Part shown: piece by piece, positions 18,379 through 28,679 of the stretch | Layout of the letters: every line of letters starts with the position of its first letter | Numbering within the stretch: position 1 is the stretch's first letter | The notes under the pieces: model-generated | What the model saw: the letters and a program-made list of their open reading frames with translations, nothing else | Told to the model about the DNA's origin: nothing | Databases searched by the model: none | Translations under genes and position numbers: made by a program | Source of the DNA: Candidatus Pampinifervens sinense | GTDB lineage: Bacteria > Aquificota > Aquificia > Aquificales > Aquificaceae | DNA length: 64,000 nt | Reading direction: 5' to 3' | Assembly (NCBI GenBank): GCA_037927135.1 | Contig: JAXSPP010000001.1 | Span: forward strand, 128,001 to 192,000

Positions 18379-18636
18379 GTATCCTATGTAAAGAACTTTT
18401 CCGTCTTCCGAAAGTCCAAAGGCCTTTTCCATCTTGTCCTTCAAACCCTTCTTATTCTCCAGAAAATCCTTCAAGGTTTTTGGTTCTCCATGGGCTCTTA
18501 GCATATACTCCCTTACCTCTCCATTGTCAAAGTAGATTTTTACAGGGAGGCAATAAAACTTGGCATTTTCTCCATCATGGCACCTATTTATCTCTCCGAT
18601 CACCTCAATACTCACACTCCTTGCTACAATTCTCAT
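18352..18636 (-). CDS. Hypothetical protein
   Basis: 94-aa ORF with host-like codon style and a -10-like box 7 nt before ATG. Confidence 0.7.
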   Translation of the reverse strand: MRIVARSVSIEVIGEINRCHDGENAKFYCLPVKIYFDNGEVREYMLRAHGEPKTLKDFLENKKGLKDKMEKAFGLSEDGKVLYIGYLTEEQSSS

Positions 18637-18646
18637 AGCTTATATT

Positions 18647-20215
18647 TTAACTCATCCCTAGCTCTTTAAGTTTCCTCCACAATGTGGTCCTATGGATGCC
18701 TAACATTCTAGCCGCTAAGCTTTTGTTTCCACCGGCCTCTTCAAGGGCCTTTTTAATCTTCTCCCTTTCATCTACCACGTTCACAGAAAGGCTTTCCACC
18801 TCAATCTGAAGGTCTTCGGGTTTTATAAGGGCACCTCTACAGGTTATGACCGCATGTTCTATAATGTTTTCAAGCTCCCTTACATTTCCAGGGAAGCTAT
18901 GGGAGAGGAGGATCTTCATAGCTTCTGAGGTAATACCCCTTATTCCTCTTGAGTATTTCCTTGAGTATTTTTCTATAAAATGGCTTACAAGGGGAGGAAT
19001 GTCTTCTTTTCTTTCTCTTAATGGTGGGATATGGAGCTTTACAACGCTAAGTCTATAGTATAGGTCCTCCCTGAACAAACCTTGTTTTATAAGGTCTTTT
19101 AAATTTTTGTTTGTGGAGGCTATGATACGAACGTTAGCCCTTCTAGTCCTTGTATCTCCAAGCCTTTCAAACTCCTTTTCCTGAACCAAATGTAGTATTT
19201 TTGCCTGCAGGTGCAAAGGCATATCCCCTATCTCGTCCAGAAATAGCGTTCCTCCTTCCGCCAGCTCCACCTTTCCCGGTTTATCCCTCATGGCACCGGT
19301 GAAGGCACCTTTGACATAACCAAAAAGCTCTGCCTCCAATAGGCTCTCAGGTATGGCTGCACAGTTCACCTTTACAAAGGGACCATCCCTCCTCGGAGAA
19401 AGGTAATGTATATACTTGGCAAGGAGGCTTTTCCCTGTGCCAGTCTCACCCTCTATAAGCACGTTAACATCGTACTCGGCAACCACCTTTGCCGTATCTA
19501 AAACCTTTTGGAAATTGGGGTTTCTAGTTATTATCTTTTCTTCGCTTTCAAACTCGCATATATCTATATCTTTTACAACGTAAAGAGAAACTACATAGCC
19601 AAATCCAGAGGTCATAGGAGAGACAAGGAGGGAAGCCTTTTGTCTTCCACAAGGAGTTTCCACAAAAATGTCTGCCCTTTCCCCTTCTGGAGGAAGATCC
19701 TCCAAGGAAAGGTTTATAAGGTCCTGTATATGCCTACCCACCAAGACCTCATCCTCCTCTCTGCATAGCATCCTACTTGCCACTTTGTTATGCTCCACCA
19801 CCTTCCCTTCTGGGTCAAGCACAAGTATGGCTTCCACTATGGAGTTTAGTATGGTCTCCTTGTAGGTCCTTTGGCGCTCCGCTTCCACTATACAATGAAC
19901 CACATTGCTAACATCCTTAAAAACCTCTATTACACCCACAAACTCACCCTCTTCATAGAGGGGAGACATACTCCAACATACATGCTTAGAGTTCCTTAGA
20001 GTGGTGTCATAGACCTGGACTCCTTCCCTTTCCTCTTTCACATACTCAAAGGGACAATGTTCACATATAGAGAATAGCCCTCTACAGCTTTTCCCTTCTA
20101 AAGCTTCTCCCAGAAGCTCCTTCGCAGATCTATTAGCATAAACAACTTTAAAATCTTTGTCTATGATCAAGACACCATCAAAGAGACTTTCAAAAGGGAG
20201 GAAGTTTAACTTCAC
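18647..20215 (-). CDS. Sigma54-dependent transcriptional activator (2 PAS + AAA+ + Fis-type HTH)
   Basis: [46 protein letters not shown] motifs and a C-terminal HTH. Confidence 0.96.
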   Translation of the reverse strand: MKLNFLPFESLFDGVLIIDKDFKVVYANRSAKELLGEALEGKSCRGLFSICEHCPFEYVKEEREGVQVYDTTLRNSKHVCWSMSPLYEEGEFVGVIEVFKDVSNVVHCIVEAERQRTYKETILNSIVEAILVLDPEGKVVEHNKVASRMLCREEDEVLVGRHIQDLINLSLEDLPPEGERADIFVETPCGRQKASLLVSPMTSGFGYVVSLYVVKDIDICEFESEEKIITRNPNFQKVLDTAKVVAEYDVNVLIEGETGTGKSLLAKYIHYLSPRRDGPFVKVNCAAIPESLLEAELFGYVKGAFTGAMRDKPGKVELAEGGTLFLDEIGDMPLHLQAKILHLVQEKEFERLGDTRTRRANVRIIASTNKNLKDLIKQGLFREDLYYRLSVVKLHIPPLRERKEDIPPLVSHFIEKYSRKYSRGIRGITSEAMKILLSHSFPGNVRELENIIEHAVITCRGALIKPEDLQIEVESLSVNVVDEREKIKKALEEAGGNKSLAARMLGIHRTTLWRKLKELGMS

Positions 20216-20463
20216 TCCTTTTTACCGTAGTGCTTATAGAGATACTCCACAATGGGTCCTATATCCTCCTGTTTTATAGGGGCTCCAAAGACCTTTATCA
20301 TCTTATTTACGCTCGCTTCCCACCCCTTTTTATCAAGGAAAGGTGAGTTCATCTGGATGTAGTCAAGACTGTGGCAGACTGAGCAGTTGGCTTCAACCAG
20401 CTCTTTACCTACAGCTACAAACCCCCCTAAACCACTTTTAATAAGATCCCTTCTACTTAGCAT
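20212..20463 (-). CDS. SorB-like cytochrome c with a Tat-type N-terminus (probable sorA::sorB deletion remnant)
   Basis: SRRDLIK twin-Arg motif, then NCSVCHSLDYI...W...V.KM...FGAPI (SorB-like). Confidence 0.7.
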   Translation of the reverse strand: MLSRRDLIKSGLGGFVAVGKELVEANCSVCHSLDYIQMNSPFLDKKGWEASVNKMIKVFGAPIKQEDIGPIVEYLYKHYGKKE

Positions 20464-20564
20464 TTCTTAACCTCCCTCTAAATATACACAGGTTTAATCA
20501 TAGATTCAGGTTTTAGGCTTTTGCAATAAAAAAATATTATCTAATCCATAAGCCTACCTTATAA

Positions 20565-20951
20565 TCATACACTCCAATCCGTTGGCACTCTAGACATCAT
20601 ACGTAGGCTTTCTTCAAAGGCAGACATATACTTCATGGCTGTTATCATAGACCCCTTAAACTTTAACCTTTTGGTTAGCATGGCGGCGCGTGGCCCCATT
20701 TCTCCAGTGGCAAGCCTTTTCCAGTTTTCTAGGCTTGCCCAAAGTTCAAAGTCATATTTATGAGAGTTGGCCCTTCCTGCAGACTTGGCTATGCCTTTAT
20801 CCACGATTAGCTCCACCGCATCTTCTTCCCTTCCTTCCACATAGTACTTTATGCTGGCGGAAAAGTCTTTGAGCTCTGATTTCAATTTTTCGTTTTTGTT
20901 CCACTCTTCCGCATAGGCCTTTATCCATTCTTCAGAAAGGAATCTGTACAT
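20565..20951 (-). CDS. SCP2 sterol/lipid-binding domain protein
   Basis: F.SEEW..AY....N and W..L..G......AML..RLKFKG motifs. Confidence 0.85.
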   Translation of the reverse strand: MYRFLSEEWIKAYAEEWNKNEKLKSELKDFSASIKYYVEGREEDAVELIVDKGIAKSAGRANSHKYDFELWASLENWKRLATGEMGPRAAMLTKRLKFKGSMITAMKYMSAFEESLRMMSRVPTDWSV

Positions 20952-20976
20952 GATAAGCCTCCCTATAAAAAGTAAG

Positions 20977-20999
20977 AGGGGAGGCTCAGGACCTCCCCT
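20977..20999 (-). terminator. Intra-operon hairpin/terminator after the DUF2173 genes
   Basis: Minus strand AGGGGAGG-TCCTGAG-CCTCCCCT followed by CTTACTTTTT. Confidence 0.65.
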
Positions 21000-21005
21000 T
21001 TGCCC

Positions 21006-21341
21006 TTACTTCCCAGCCTCCTCCCTCAAAGCCTTAAATATCTCGTTAAAAGACACCTCATCGTTGTTTACAAAAACACCCACATTGCCCACTACACATA
21101 CGGAGTATTTGGGACCAGTAACAGCCCATCCTATGAGGGGTGTCCACTCTTGACCAGAAAAGGCTGTATACCCATCGCATTCCATCCTTGCCATCATGTT
21201 GTTTGCTGCACACATCATGGCAGCCATGGCTGCATGCTCTTCAGAAAGCGGACCTTTGTAAGCTACAAGCTTTCCATCATCGGTAAATTCACCCGCAGCC
21301 CAAACGCCTTTAATTTGCATTAGCCTGTCAAGGTTTGCCAT
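21006..21341 (-). CDS. DUF2173-family protein (paralog 2)
   Basis: L..LM...G..AAGEF..DG.L..Y.G...A.MCAAN...W.P..GWAV pattern; GGAGGTG precedes ATG 21341. Confidence 0.8.
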   Translation of the reverse strand: MANLDRLMQIKGVWAAGEFTDDGKLVAYKGPLSEEHAAMAAMMCAANNMMARMECDGYTAFSGQEWTPLIGWAVTGPKYSVCVVGNVGVFVNNDEVSFNEIFKALREEAGK

Positions 21342-21356
21342 GGTTCTCACCTCCTT

Positions 21357-21698
21357 TTAGATGTATTTGGAAAGGATTTCAAAGGTTTTGTCAAAGTCTG
21401 CCTTATCAAGCTCTACAAAGACTCCTACATTGCCCATTATGCATGCAGCATACTTACCACCGGCTACAGCAAAGCCATACACGGGATAAAAGCCACCCTG
21501 CCCTGTGTAGGCACTCCAACCCTTTGCTTGCATGTTGGCCATAAGCTTATTAGCAGCACACATCAGGGCGGCTATCTCTGCCGCTTTTTCATCAATGTTG
21601 CCATAGTAAGCAAGGAGCCTCCCATCATCGGAAAACTCTCCCGCCGCAATAGCTCCCGGTATAGACATAAGCTCTTTTAGCTTGCTAAGTGTTGCCAT
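21357..21698 (-). CDS. DUF2173-family protein (paralog 1)
   Basis: Clear paralog of the downstream gene (AAGEFSDDG, MCAAN, GNVGVFV); GGAGGTG precedes ATG 21698. Confidence 0.8.
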   Translation of the reverse strand: MATLSKLKELMSIPGAIAAGEFSDDGRLLAYYGNIDEKAAEIAALMCAANKLMANMQAKGWSAYTGQGGFYPVYGFAVAGGKYAACIMGNVGVFVELDKADFDKTFEILSKYI

Positions 21699-21735
21699 GG
21701 TTGCACCTCCTTCAAAGGTTTTCACCCATTTATTT

Positions 21736-21751
21736 TGCAAAGAAGATGCCA
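21736..21751 (-). promoter_or_regulatory. Sigma54 -24/-12 promoter
   Basis: Minus strand TGGCATCTTCTTTGCA = GG-N10-GC, near consensus TGGCAC-N5-TTGCA, 37 nt upstream of the DUF2173 start. Confidence 0.85.
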
Positions 21752-21812
21752 TTTTTACCTTTTTGAAAATGGCTTAAATCAAGGCTTTTAGTAGAGTAGA
21801 GGAAGATAAGAG

Positions 21813-21839
21813 TGTTTCATGTTGCAACAGTGTTGCAAC
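21813..21839. promoter_or_regulatory. Putative upstream activator sequence for a sigma54 bEBP
   Basis: TGTTTCATGTTGCAACAGTGTTGCAAC contains tandem GTTGCAAC palindromes ~60-90 bp upstream of the -24 element. Confidence 0.6.
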
Positions 21840-21887
21840 GCTTTAGGGTCTTGAAAGGCAAGGGAAAAGGAATAAACTTTTATCCTT

Positions 21888-22394
21888 ATGGTAAGGGAAA
21901 TAATAAAGTACCCACATCCCATACTTAAGGCGCCTACGCAAAAAGTGGATGTTATAGATAGGGAAGTAAGGGAGATAATAAGGGATATGTTTGAGACCAT
22001 GTATCATGCTGAAGGGGTGGGACTTGCCGCAAATCAGATAGGCATCAGCCTAAGGATCATGGTAATAGATACTTCCCCTAAGAAGGAAAGTCCACCTTTA
22101 AAGCTTGTCCTTATAAATCCAGAGGTTATAGAGAAGGAGGGAAGCATAAAGTATAAGGAAGGGTGTCTTTCTTTTCCAGGCCTTACGGTAGAGGTAGAAC
22201 GCTACAAAAGTGTAAAGGTTAAAGCTCTTAATGAACATGGGGAGGAGGTGTTTTACCATTTTGAAGGCTTTCCCGCCATAGTTTTCCAGCACGAGATGGA
22301 CCACCTTGAAGGGATCACCTTTATAGATAGGGTAAATGGGTTGAGAAGAAGGCTAGCCCTTGAAAAGTATGCTAAGCTTCAAAGGCAAAGGTGA
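21888..22394 (+). CDS. def: Peptide deformylase
   Basis: GVGLAANQ, EGCLS and QHEMDH motifs. Confidence 0.97.
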   Translation: MVREIIKYPHPILKAPTQKVDVIDREVREIIRDMFETMYHAEGVGLAANQIGISLRIMVIDTSPKKESPPLKLVLINPEVIEKEGSIKYKEGCLSFPGLTVEVERYKSVKVKALNEHGEEVFYHFEGFPAIVFQHEMDHLEGITFIDRVNGLRRRLALEKYAKLQRQR

Positions 22395-22654
22395 AGGTAG
22401 AGCTGGTAAATTTTTACCCTTTTGAGTTCTCTACAAGAAGACCAAGGCTGCTGGCCTATGCGGATGTAAGGCTTGATGGCAAAATACTTATAAGGGGTAT
22501 AAGGCTATATGAAGCCAAAAACGGAGGGCTTTTTATAGTTATGCCTGAGTTTAGCCCAGAGAGTAGAAGGGCTATAGTGGAGATAGAGGATAGGGAGCTT
22601 TTGGAAAAGATAAGGAGGGTGGTGGTGGACCGTTATAAAGAGAGTCTTTCATGA
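22391..22654 (+). CDS. SpoVG-family nucleic-acid-binding protein
   Basis: LAYADV.LD....IRGIRL......GLFIVMP pattern. Confidence 0.75.
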   Translation: MKVELVNFYPFEFSTRRPRLLAYADVRLDGKILIRGIRLYEAKNGGLFIVMPEFSPESRRAIVEIEDRELLEKIRRVVVDRYKESLS

Positions 22655-22857
22655 CTAAGGAGGAAAAGCTTTCAAAAGCTAAAACTCTTCTATTAGAGCA
22701 TATGGATTACATAAAGAAAAACTTTAGTGTTTCAAACGTGGGAGTGGTCATTGTGGATGATGAAATAATCGTGGTAGTGGATGGGAAATTTGATCCTGAG
22801 GGTTTAAAAAGCTTAAAGGCTTATCTTGAAGAAGTTTTGAAGGAAGTAGAGGAATAA
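22651..22857 (+). CDS. Hypothetical protein
   Basis: 68-aa ORF coupled by an ATGA overlap to the spoVG-like gene. Confidence 0.65.
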   Translation: MTKEEKLSKAKTLLLEHMDYIKKNFSVSNVGVVIVDDEIIVVVDGKFDPEGLKSLKAYLEEVLKEVEE

Positions 22858-22914
22858 GAAATCAATCACTCTAACACAAGAGGCTCTAATATGCCCCCAT
22901 CTTTTTATCCATAA

Positions 22915-22942
22915 TGTTAATATAATTGCTATTATATTAACA
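22915..22942. other. dif-like tyrosine recombinase site (11-6-11 perfect inverted repeat)
   Basis: TGTTAATATAA-TTGCTA-TTATATTAACA; the right arm resembles the XerD arm TTATGTTAAAT; lies upstream of a Xer-like gene. Confidence 0.75.
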
Positions 22943-22958
22943 CCTACTTCCCCTATCC

Positions 22959-23007
22959 TTTGACAGTCATTGACACTTAATAGTAGATGATATAAAATAC
23001 TGTCAAA
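22959..23007 (+). promoter_or_regulatory. Sigma70 promoter bracketed by a TTTGACAGT/ACTGTCAAA inverted repeat
   Basis: TTGACA (22970) -17 nt- TAAAAT (22993); IR arms at 22959-22967 and 22999-23007. Confidence 0.7.
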
Positions 23008-23026
23008 AGCTTGAAAGGAGGCTATC

Positions 23027-23659
23027 ATGGAAAGTGGCAAAAATGTTGTCAAAGTGAAGGCATCCGAGTACGCTATGCTAACAGACCTATCTCTAAACAC
23101 GGTTAAGAACCGTATAAGGGCCGGTGTGCTAAAGGGTGGTAAGGAGGAAGACGGTATATGGTATGTTTATCTCACTCAGGAAGAATTGGACCACCTAAGA
23201 AATCTAAAGGAGGCTCAAGAGGAAAAGGATAAAAAGCTACAGTCAAACCTTGAGGGTCTCAAATCTACCTTGGAAGGAAGCCTTATCGCTACCTACATGT
23301 CTGCACTTATGCAAAAGGAACAACAAAAGGAACAGCTCCTGCATGAGCTTTCCAGTCTTTACACTCTGCTTGCTATAAGAGAAAAGGAGATGGAGTTCCT
23401 TGTAAAGGAGTTAGCAAACGTAAAGGAAAAGTGTTTAGAAAAAGAAAGAGAGTGCGAAAAATTAAAAGAAAGCCTTGGTGAAAAAGAAAAGAGGATAAGG
23501 GAGCTTGAAGAAGCCCTAAGGGAAAAGGACTATATACTTAACCAAAAAGAGCTTGAAATTCAAAGGGTTATACTGGATAAGGACAAGGAGCTTTTGAGTA
23601 AAGAGATGGAATTATCAGCTCTTAGGATGGAGTTAGAGAAAAGGAAGAAGAAGGAATAA
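23027..23659 (+). CDS. HTH DNA-binding protein with long C-terminal coiled coil
   Basis: SEYA....LSLNTVKNRIRAG.L...(W)YV MerR/excisionase-like HTH, then ~150 aa of heptad repeats. Confidence 0.8.
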   Translation: MESGKNVVKVKASEYAMLTDLSLNTVKNRIRAGVLKGGKEEDGIWYVYLTQEELDHLRNLKEAQEEKDKKLQSNLEGLKSTLEGSLIATYMSALMQKEQQKEQLLHELSSLYTLLAIREKEMEFLVKELANVKEKCLEKERECEKLKESLGEKEKRIRELEEALREKDYILNQKELEIQRVILDKDKELLSKEMELSALRMELEKRKKKE

Positions 23660-23669
23660 AATTTTAAGT

Positions 23670-24533
23670 ATGGATAGGCTTTTGGACCTGTGGCTTAAAA
23701 GTCTAAGCAGGGCAAAAAGCCAGAGGACCATAATAACTTACAAAACGTGCCTTAGCACCTTTCAAAAGCATTTGGGAGAGGGTAAAAGCCTGCTTGAGGC
23801 GGAACAAGGAGATATATACTCTTACATAGACTCCACAAACCTTTCTGTGTCTTCCATACTTACACATCTATCTGCCATAAAGCACTTTTACAGGTTTGCC
23901 TTTAGAAGGGGTTGGCTTGATAAAGAACGCTATTCGGATATAGAGTCTGTAATAGAGGATATTAGGGATGAGTTTTCTACTTCAAGGCTCCAAAGGAGCC
24001 CAAGGGCGCTTACAAAGGAAGAACTCCAAAGAATATTTCAATCTGTAAAGAACACAAAATACGAACGGGTTTATACACTCTTCCTGTATAGTGGTATTAG
24101 GCTATCCGAGTATGCAAAGCTCAGTAGTGAGTTCTTCCGTAAAGATTCAGAAGGTATATACTGGTTGAGGCTTCCCGCGGAAATCACCAAAAGGAAGAAG
24201 GAAAGGATGGTACCTTTGATTGGCCCCACAAAGGAAGAAAGCTTAGAGATAAGCCAAAAGCTTGACCTTTGGCTTGAAGACTACGAAAAATACATAAAAG
24301 TAAACACAGGGTCCTTACAAGTTTTTACCAACAGGCTATCTCAAAGGCTTGGTATTCCTTTCTCAGTTCATAGCTTCCGGCATACCTACATAACAAACCT
24401 TGTTAATGCTGGCTTTCCTGCGGAGGTGGTAAAGGAGTTCGCCGGCCACTCTAACGTAAAGACCACCATAGACATATACTATAGGTTTAGCCAAGACAGG
24501 GCAAAAAACCTTGTAAAGAGCTTTCTTAGATGA
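23670..24533 (+). CDS. Xer-like tyrosine recombinase
   Basis: SAM-like N-domain (RTI.TY) and intact catalytic R (SGIRLSE), K (TKRKKER), HSFRH, GH and Y. Confidence 0.92.
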   Translation: MDRLLDLWLKSLSRAKSQRTIITYKTCLSTFQKHLGEGKSLLEAEQGDIYSYIDSTNLSVSSILTHLSAIKHFYRFAFRRGWLDKERYSDIESVIEDIRDEFSTSRLQRSPRALTKEELQRIFQSVKNTKYERVYTLFLYSGIRLSEYAKLSSEFFRKDSEGIYWLRLPAEITKRKKERMVPLIGPTKEESLEISQKLDLWLEDYEKYIKVNTGSLQVFTNRLSQRLGIPFSVHSFRHTYITNLVNAGFPAEVVKEFAGHSNVKTTIDIYYRFSQDRAKNLVKSFLR

Positions 24534-25306
24534 AGTTCTTTGTGCTTACCATTTTCCCTCAGGTGATAAATTGTTATGCAGAGTATGGTATAGTAAAGCA
24601 AGCCATAAAAAAAGGATCGCTTGAGCTTTATACCGTAGACATAAGAAGGTATGCCCATAAGGGACAAGTGGACGATACGGCCTACGGTGGTCATCCCGGT
24701 ATGGTCATAAAGCCCGAACCAGTCTTTTTTGCCTATGAGGAACTGGTAAAGCTGCATGGAAGACCACATACCATAATTCCACAGCCATGGGGCAAAAGGA
24801 TAGATCAGATGGATTTAGATAGACTTTCAAAGCTTGAAAGTATAGCCGTAATATGTGGAAGGTATGAAGGTTTGGACGAAAGGATAAGCACTCTTGCCGA
24901 TGAAGAGCTGTCTTTGGGAGACTTTGTTTTGGCAGGGGGAGAGCTTTTTGCCCTTGTACTTTTGGAAGGCATTGCAAGGCTTTTGCCAGGCGTTTTAAGT
25001 GAACCAGAAAGTATAAAAAGAGATTCCTTTAGAAGATGGCTTGGCTCTCCAGTTTATACAAGACCTGCGGACTTTAGAGGAATGAAGGTGCCGGATGTTC
25101 TTCTCTCTGGAAACCACCAGCTTATAAGGCTTTGGGAGCTTTGGCATTCTATAGAGAGGACATTAAGGCTAAGGCCGGACCTTGTGCCAAAAGATCTGAC
25201 AGAGTTAGAAAGCTCCATTCTTACAGCCATAAAGGAGGGCCTTACCTTTGAGGGCTGGCTTGAAAGGGTAGGCTATGAGAAGGCAATAAGGATGCTTAAA
25301 GATTAA
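24530..25306 (+). CDS. trmD: tRNA (guanine-N1)-methyltransferase
   Basis: VDD..YGG.PGM, CGRYEG.DER, SLGDFVL.GGE and YTRP motifs. Confidence 0.97.
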   Translation: MKFFVLTIFPQVINCYAEYGIVKQAIKKGSLELYTVDIRRYAHKGQVDDTAYGGHPGMVIKPEPVFFAYEELVKLHGRPHTIIPQPWGKRIDQMDLDRLSKLESIAVICGRYEGLDERISTLADEELSLGDFVLAGGELFALVLLEGIARLLPGVLSEPESIKRDSFRRWLGSPVYTRPADFRGMKVPDVLLSGNHQLIRLWELWHSIERTLRLRPDLVPKDLTELESSILTAIKEGLTFEGWLERVGYEKAIRMLKD

Positions 25307-26378
25307 CATATTCTAAGGCCACATCTTCTTCAAACCTTTTTATTTCCCTGAGGCGTAGCCTTTTGGCCTCCTGCAAAGCTTCTACATTAAGCTCTCCTAT
25401 CCTTTTGCCTTCTCCTATCAAAAGGGGTGCCACAAAGACCCAAAGCCTGTCAAAAAGTCCCTCTCTTATAAAAGTGGTATGGGTAATAGAACCCCCTTCC
25501 ACCAAAAGGTGCATAACCTCCATAAAGTAAAGCTCCCTTAAAACTTCCTTCAAATCCAATCTCCCATCCTTTGAAGGTGCCAAAAGGACCCTTATACCCA
25601 TCTCTTCCAGCCTTTGTATTTTTTCCCTGTTTTCACTGGCCGTTATTATTATGGTAGGTGCCTTGCCATCCCTTATCAGTTTTAAGTCTTCCCTTATCCT
25701 GAGCTGTGGGTCAAGGACTATCCTTATAGGCTGTCTTTCCCAAGGGAAGGCCCTTATGGTTAGCTCAGGGTCATCTCTCAAAGCTGTGTTTATACCCACA
25801 AGCACGGCCGTTGCTTCCGCCCTTAGCCTGTGAGCAAAGACTCTTGACTCTTGAGAACTTATCCATTTGCTTTCCCCTGTCTTTGTAGCCATAGACCCAT
25901 CTATGCTCTGGGCCCACTTTAGGGTTATGTAAGGCCTCTTTTGCGTTATGTAGATAAAAAAGTCTTCGTTTAGCCTTTTTGCCTCTTCTTCCAACACACC
26001 CACAGACACCTCAATGCCAGCCCTTTTTAGCCTCTCTACACCTTTGCCAGAAACAAGGGGGTTTGGGTCCAATGTGGCAATAACTACCCTCTTTAGCCCA
26101 GCTTTTATTATGGCATCGGTGCAAGGAGGAGTCCTACCATAGTGGGTGCAAGGCTCAAGGGTTACATAAAGGGTAGCTCCTCTGGCCATCTCTCCAGCTT
26201 GCTGTAGGGCTACCACTTCTGCATGAGGCATACCAGCCCTTTCGTGATAGCCTTCACCCACCACCTTTCCATCCTTTACTATTACACAACCCACCGTTGG
26301 ATTTGGATGAGTAAGACCCTTGCGCTTTTGGGCAAGCTCAAGGGCTCTTTTCATAAACTCAAGATCTTTATCTTTCAT
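25296..26378 (-). CDS. ribD: Riboflavin biosynthesis deaminase/reductase RibD
   Basis: PNP.VGC, HAE, TLEPC...TPPC and VEGG motifs. Confidence 0.97.
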   Translation of the reverse strand: MKDKDLEFMKRALELAQKRKGLTHPNPTVGCVIVKDGKVVGEGYHERAGMPHAEVVALQQAGEMARGATLYVTLEPCTHYGRTPPCTDAIIKAGLKRVVIATLDPNPLVSGKGVERLKRAGIEVSVGVLEEEAKRLNEDFFIYITQKRPYITLKWAQSIDGSMATKTGESKWISSQESRVFAHRLRAEATAVLVGINTALRDDPELTIRAFPWERQPIRIVLDPQLRIREDLKLIRDGKAPTIIITASENREKIQRLEEMGIRVLLAPSKDGRLDLKEVLRELYFMEVMHLLVEGGSITHTTFIREGLFDRLWVFVAPLLIGEGKRIGELNVEALQEAKRLRLREIKRFEEDVALEYVNL

Positions 26379-26650
26379 CAGTCAAATATATCAAAAAGCT
26401 CATCAAAGATGGATTTTCTCTTCTTCTTGTATTTGTATTCCTCATACTTTCTGTAAACATCAGGGTAATCCTTAGTTATTAATCTTAGCTCTTCATCCAA
26501 GCTATTTTCTGCCCTGCGTATGGCCTCTATTATCTTTGACAGTTCTCCCTTATCAAGCCACATGCCACCGCAAGAGGGACAAACATCCACCAGCACACCA
26601 TACCTGTTTACTTCCAAAAGGTCTACATCCACGCATCTAGGACACTTCAT
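26378..26650 (-). CDS. TFIIB-type zinc-ribbon protein
   Basis: MKCPRC...VDVCPSCGGMWLDKGEL and a C-terminal KK.SIF.ELFD. Confidence 0.85.
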   Translation of the reverse strand: MKCPRCVDVDLLEVNRYGVLVDVCPSCGGMWLDKGELSKIIEAIRRAENSLDEELRLITKDYPDVYRKYEEYKYKKKRKSIFDELFDIFD

Positions 26651-26654
26651 ACTG

Positions 26655-27080
26655 CTACCTCCTTAAAAACTCCAGCATATCAACGTAGATTATTTTAAAA
26701 GCTTCATCCACAGCCTGCCTTCTGGGCAAATCTCCCAAGGCACCACTGGCTTGTGTGTATGGCACCACCACATGAAAGCTCCTACTTTTCTCATCAATAG
26801 ATAGGCTTACTTTAAGCTCTAAGTTGTAAGCACTTACTCTCTGTTGGGGTGTATAGGCAATAGGCATATCCTTTAAAGCTTCTACTCTTAACCTCACCTC
26901 CTTTGAACCATCATAGCAGCCTATCGTATATCCATCTTCCAAAAGAGCTCTTTCTACAACCTTTCTGAAGGCATAGCTAACGTAGGGCTCACCATACGGA
27001 TTTTGAACTTCTTTTATACAAATGGGTTGCGAGAAAGCAAAGGAAATAAAAGCACACATTGAAAGAAGAAGACCGCGCAT
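26655..27080 (-). CDS. Exported protein, possibly LptE-like
   Basis: Signal peptide; I.I..V.N...EP start and size resemble LptE; weak assignment. Confidence 0.5.
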   Translation of the reverse strand: MRGLLLSMCAFISFAFSQPICIKEVQNPYGEPYVSYAFRKVVERALLEDGYTIGCYDGSKEVRLRVEALKDMPIAYTPQQRVSAYNLELKVSLSIDEKSRSFHVVVPYTQASGALGDLPRRQAVDEAFKIIYVDMLEFLRR

Positions 27081-27100
27081 AATTTAAATATGTGGTATAA

Positions 27101-28664
<1,564 letters not shown>

Positions 28665-28679
28665 GTTATAATAGACACT

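Noticed and set aside
23027-24533. Integrase plus excisionase-like HTH read as a prophage or integrative element
   Set aside because: There are no cargo genes, no adjacent tRNA and no att direct repeats, and the recombinase overlaps trmD. A housekeeping Xer role fits better.
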